DNA of 64,000 nt. It comes from Hydrurus foetidus (taxonomy: Eukaryota). The notes under the pieces were generated by a model that worked only from the letters and a program-made list of their open reading frames with translations, had not been told where the DNA came from and searched no databases. The DNA lies in contig UYFQ01000001.1 of NCBI GenBank assembly GCA_900617105.1, positions 248,001 through 312,000 of the forward strand, given 5' to 3'. Shown in pieces: positions 59,979-64,000 of this stretch (position 1 is its first letter; the number at the start of each line of letters is the position of its first letter). The translations under genes and the position numbers were made by a program.

Positions 59979-62900
59979 ATGATGGACACCACCATGCACA
60001 CTGCACCCCCTCGCCGAGATGACCTTCGCCCCACACTGAGGCTTTTTAAGCGCTCTGTTTCACTGTCTGTCGCCATGGCTGTGGCGCTGCTGTCGGCCTG
60101 TAGCGGTGGGGAGGGCAGTGATGGCAATGAAACGGTGTGGCAAAAATTACGTGCCGCTGCTGACCCGATTGCGCGGCCTGATCAAGCGGTGTGGGATCCG
60201 GTCAAAAACATGACGTTGTCGGTCGCCTCTGCGGCTAATTTGCCCGATGGCAAGGTGTTGATGTGGGCTGCTGACAGCCAAGCAGGCTTTGGGGGGGGCA
60301 ATAGTGCTTATTACACTGTTTATGACCCTGTGAGCGGTGTTTTTACCGACAAGTTGGCCAATGCCCTTGGGCAAAACTTGTTTTGTCCTGGTACGACCAA
60401 TCTGCCTGATGGTCGTATTTTGGTGAATGGTGGGAGTCAGGCAGGAAATTCCAGCATTTACGACCCCTTCAGCCCTAACGCTGTTCAATGGGGGGCCAGT
60501 ACGCAGTTGAACATCCCTCGTGCTTACAACGCAAATACGCTTCTGCAAGATGGGTCTGCGTTCACCATCGGGGGGTCTTGGGCTGGTGGCTCAGGTAATA
60601 AACATGGTGAAGTGTGGACCCCCGCAGGGGGCTGGAAGCGGTTAAGCGGTGCACTTGTCGATGCGCTGCAAGCACCCGATGCCAGAGGTGTTTACCGGGG
60701 AGATAACCACATGTGGCTGCTGCCCACCGGCAATGGCCGTGTGCTGCATGCCGGGCCTGCCGCCAATATGAACTGGATTGACACCCGTGGCAATGGTGCC
60801 ATTGCCCCTGCTGGAACCCGGTTGGACGACCCGTACAGCATGAACGGCAGTGCGGTGATGTATGACATTGGCAAAATTCTCAAGCTGGGCGGCTCTCCCA
60901 ACTACGACGGAGCGAGCGCCACAGGTAAAAGCTACATCATTGATGTCAACGCTGAGTTGACCGTCAAGAAGGTGGCTCCCATGGCCTATGCTCGTGCTTT
61001 TCAAAACAGCGTGGTTCTGCCCAATGGCCAAGTGTTGGTGATTGGTGGGCAGACCTTCACCAATGTGGGCGATGACGCCACGTCGGTCTACAGACCCGAG
61101 TTGTTTGACCCTGCAACGGAAAGTTTCACGCTGCTGCCCCCCATGAGCAAGCCTCGCAATTACCACAGTGTTGCGCTGCTGATGCCTGATGCCACGGTGA
61201 TGTCGGCAGGCAACAACATGGGGGTTGGGAATCCACAGCTCAATATGCAAATACTGCGGCCTCATTATTTGTTCAACGCCGATGGGACGCCTGCTGCGCG
61301 GCCAGCCATCACCAGCGCCCCTGCCACGGTGAACTACGGGGCATCGTCCACCGTGACGACTAGCACAGACGTGACTTCCTTTGTCTTGGTTCGCGCCTCT
61401 TCAACCACGCACACGGTCAACAACGACCAGCGCCGCATTCCGCTGACATTCACCGCAGCAGGGGGTAACAGCTACAACCTCAACATTCCCACCAACCCAG
61501 GTTGGGCGCTGCCGGGTTATTACATGCTGTTTGCGTTGAATGCCCGAGGCGTGCCTTCGGTCGCCAAAATGGTGAAACTGAGCAACCTGCAAGCGCCTCA
61601 AATTACCCCCTTGGACGATCAGTCCACAGTGGTGGGTACGGTGCCAGCACTCAATGTGCAGTCCAGCAACCCCACCGGGGCGGCGATGGTCTTCAATGCC
61701 GAAGGCTTGCCACCCGGCATCACCATGAACACCGCGACAGGTGCCTTTCAAGGTGCGCCGACCACGCTTGGCAAGTACCTGGTGAAGCCCCGCGTGAACA
61801 ATGGCATCCACACCGTCAGCACCCAGTTTTTCTGGAATGTGACGGCCACTGCACCTTCAGATGTCTACCGCTTCGTCAGACTAGAGGCGTTATCCGAGAT
61901 CAATGGGAATGCTTGGTCTAGCATGGCCGAGTTCAATCTGCAGGGGACGGCTGGCAGTAATCTCCCACGAACTGGATGGACGGTTTCTGCTGACAGTGCT
62001 GAAACTGGGGGTGAAAATGGCGCTGTCGCTAATGTGTTGGATGGCGATGTGAACTCCATTTGGCATACGCAATGGGTAACTGCCAACCCTAGGCCTCCTC
62101 ACTGGATTCGGGTGGATCTGGGCAGTCCGCAGCGGCTCTCCGGTTTCCGCTATATGCCACGTCCCGGCAGCGGTAACGGCACGATTGCCACCTTCAATTT
62201 TTACGGCAGCACTGACGGTGTGAACTGGGTCAAACTGCTGGACAACGCCAAAATGGCCGACTATCCCGCTGGCACCAATGCCGAGCGCACGGTACCACTC
62301 AGTGCCGTGCCGGCCAACCGCGCACCCACGCTCGCGACACCGGGCGCACAAACCGCGACGCAAGGCCAAGCGGCCAGCCTGACCTTGGAGGGCCGCGACC
62401 CTGAAGGCGCGGCCCTTACGTACAGCGCGACGGGTTTGCCCGCAGGTTTGAGTTTGCAAGCCACCACTGGGGTCATCAGCGGCGTTGCCAGCACCGCAGG
62501 CAGTTACCCTGTAGGTGTTGCTGTCAGTGATCCGCAAGGCCTGACGGCCAGTGCCAACTTTGTCTGGACGGTGCAAGCCGCCACAGTTCCTGTCACTATC
62601 AGCCCCGTCGCGGCCCCGTTGACAACGGTCAACACGGTAGTCAGCTACACCGCCAACACCACCGGCAGTGCCACCCAGTACAACTGGTCGTTCGGCGACA
62701 ACACGGCAGACAGCGGCTACAGCGCCAGCAACAAAGTCAACCACACTTACGCCGCAGCGGGCGTGTACACCGTGACCTTGAGCGTCAAAGATGCCAGCGG
62801 TAAGGTGACCACCCGTTTCTTTTACCAAGCGGTAGGGGCCACGGCTGTGGCCGGTAAAGCGGCTGCATCGTCGAGCCTTGTGGTGGAGTCTCGCGTAGGC

Positions 62901-64000
62901 AACCCCTCCCGCGTGTGGGTGGTCAACCCCGATAACGACAGCGTTTCCATCTTTAACGCCATCACCAACAGCCGTGACGGGATAGTCACCGTAGGCCAAC
63001 GGCCTCGTAGCATTGCTTTTTCCCCCAGCACAGGCCGCCTGTGGGTGGTGAACAAAGGTTCCGCCACGATCAGCCTGATTGACCCTGGTTCCAGCACGGT
63101 GGTGCAAACCATCGCCTTGCCTCGGGGCTCGCAGCCTTATGGCTTGGTTTTTGCGAACGATGGCAGTGCTTTCGTCGCCTTGGAAGCCTTGGGCCAAGTT
63201 GTCAAAGTCAGCGCCACAGGCGTTGTGGGGGCCAGTTTGGACGTGGGTGCCAACCCGCGCCACATGGCCCGCACGCCGGACGGCAGCAAGCTTCTGGTCT
63301 CACGCTTCATCACGCCAGCCCAGCCCGGAGAAGGCACTGCGGCTGTGCAAACCACACTCAATGGCGCGAAAGTGGGCGGCGAAGTGATTGTGCTTGACGC
63401 AGCCAGCTTTACCGTCACCAAAGCCAAATTGATACTGCAACACAGCGACAAAGCCGATACCGAAAACAGCGGACGCGGCGTGCCCAACTACTTGGGCGCA
63501 GCAGCCATTTCGCCAGACGGTAAAACCGCGTGGATACCCTCCAAGCAAGACAACATCCTGCGTGGAGCCTTGCGCGACGGCACGGGCTTGAACTTCCAAA
63601 ACACGGTGCGGGCAATTTCCTCGCGCATCGACTTGGGCACCTTGACCGAAGATTACGCGGGCCGTATTGACCACGACAACAGCAGCTTGGCCAGTGCGGC
63701 GCTGTACCACCCCAGCGGTGCCTACCTGTTCGTTGCCTTGGAAACCAGCCGCGAGATAGCTGTGGTGGACGCTATTGGCAAGCGAACCCTCTTCACCCTA
63801 GGAACCGGGCTGGCACCGCAAGGCTTGGCCCTCTCTGCGGACGGTCGCCGCCTGTATGTCAGCAACTTCATGGACCGCAGTGTGGGTGTTTACGACTTGA
63901 GCAGCTTGCTCGACTATGGGCAAACCGCCAATGTGCCCGCAGCCACTGTCATGCCGACCGTGGCGGCTGAAAGCAGCCTCACCCCCGCTCAACTCAAAGG
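59979..64000 (+). CDS. Large modular lipoprotein with galactose-oxidase-like copper radical oxidase, Ig-like, F5/8C, PKD and YVTN-type propeller domains; runs off the right edge; not in ORF track
   Basis: Manual translation: lipobox LLSAC; NLFCPG, PRAYNA, IGGSW, PRNYHS and TTHTVNNDQR; LPGYYMLF; GLPPG/GLPAG Ig repeats; DGDVNSIWHT; WSFGD..HTY; VWVVNPDNDSVS. Start and end of the window share the same frame. Confidence 0.88.
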   Translation, partial: MMDTTMHTAPPRRDDLRPTLRLFKRSVSLSVAMAVALLSACSGGEGSDGNETVWQKLRAAADPIARPDQAVWDPVKNMTLSVASAANLPDGKVLMWAADSQAGFGGGNSAYYTVYDPVSGVFTDKLANALGQNLFCPGTTNLPDGRILVNGGSQAGNSSIYDPFSPNAVQWGASTQLNIPRAYNANTLLQDGSAFTIGGSWAGGSGNKHGEVWTPAGGWKRLSGALVDALQAPDARGVYRGDNHMWLLPTGNGRVLHAGPAANMNWIDTRGNGAIAPAGTRLDDPYSMNGSAVMYDIGKILKLGGSPNYDGASATGKSYIIDVNAELTVKKVAPMAYARAFQNSVVLPNGQVLVIGGQTFTNVGDDATSVYRPELFDPATESFTLLPPMSKPRNYHSVALLMPDATVMSAGNNMGVGNPQLNMQILRPHYLFNADGTPAARPAITSAPATVNYGASSTVTTSTDVTSFVLVRASSTTHTVNNDQRRIPLTFTAAGGNSYNLNIPTNPGWALPGYYMLFALNARGVPSVAKMVKLSNLQAPQITPLDDQSTVVGTVPALNVQSSNPTGAAMVFNAEGLPPGITMNTATGAFQGAPTTLGKYLVKPRVNNGIHTVSTQFFWNVTATAPSDVYRFVRLEALSEINGNAWSSMAEFNLQGTAGSNLPRTGWTVSADSAETGGENGAVANVLDGDVNSIWHTQWVTANPRPPHWIRVDLGSPQRLSGFRYMPRPGSGNGTIATFNFYGSTDGVNWVKLLDNAKMADYPAGTNAERTVPLSAVPANRAPTLATPGAQTATQGQAASLTLEGRDPEGAALTYSATGLPAGLSLQATTGVISGVASTAGSYPVGVAVSDPQGLTASANFVWTVQAATVPVTISPVAAPLTTVNTVVSYTANTTGSATQYNWSFGDNTADSGYSASNKVNHTYAAAGVYTVTLSVKDASGKVTTRFFYQAVGATAVAGKAAASSSLVVESRVGNPSRVWVVNPDNDSVSIFNAITNSRDGIVTVGQRPRSIAFSPSTGRLWVVNKGSATISLIDPGSSTVVQTIALPRGSQPYGLVFANDGSAFVALEALGQVVKVSATGVVGASLDVGANPRHMARTPDGSKLLVSRFITPAQPGEGTAAVQTTLNGAKVGGEVIVLDAASFTVTKAKLILQHSDKADTENSGRGVPNYLGAAAISPDGKTAWIPSKQDNILRGALRDGTGLNFQNTVRAISSRIDLGTLTEDYAGRIDHDNSSLASAALYHPSGAYLFVALETSREIAVVDAIGKRTLFTLGTGLAPQGLALSADGRRLYVSNFMDRSVGVYDLSSLLDYGQTANVPAATVMPTVAAESSLTPAQLK

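Noticed and set aside
60147..63992. Minus-strand ORFs in the track, such as 61890-63263
   Set aside because: Antisense shadows of the long plus-strand lipoprotein ORF; no recognisable motifs.

Overview
Betaproteobacterial chromosome segment, Comamonadaceae-like by gene content. The housekeeping backbone runs mutL, dedA, hldD/rfaE1/lapB/lapA/ihfB/rpsA/aroA-cmk/tyrA/pheA/serC/gyrA, ompA, guaC, uvrD and thrB. The ~9.5-22.2 kb stretch carries many single-base indels in essential genes, most likely long-read assembly errors. Three accessory elements stand out. (1) A decaying integron-like island (~4.5-9.2 kb): five co-oriented cassette-like genes separated by attC-like sites, divergent from a truncated tyrosine-recombinase N-terminus that does not look like IntI, with an IS256 inserted between them. 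(2) A ~12 kb LysR-linked cluster that reads as a complete arginine catabolic route. It encodes a PLP racemase fused to a metal-site-dead arginase fold, a D-amino acid dehydrogenase, a 2-ketoarginine decarboxylase, an aldehyde dehydrogenase, a guanidinobutyrase-like ureohydrolase, RidA, ABC parts and a DcaP porin. (3) A large lipoprotein absent from the ORF track (59979 to the window end) with an intact galactose-oxidase-type copper-radical site followed by Ig, F5/8C, PKD and beta-propeller modules. Smaller items include an IS5-family element, a 388-bp tandem duplication in a TctC/Bug gene, a SoxR-box MerR promoter, a probable orphaned type IV TA antitoxin and a MocR regulator lacking its PLP lysine. 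No rRNA, tRNA or CRISPR array was seen. All family assignments come from motif recognition by eye, not database searches.
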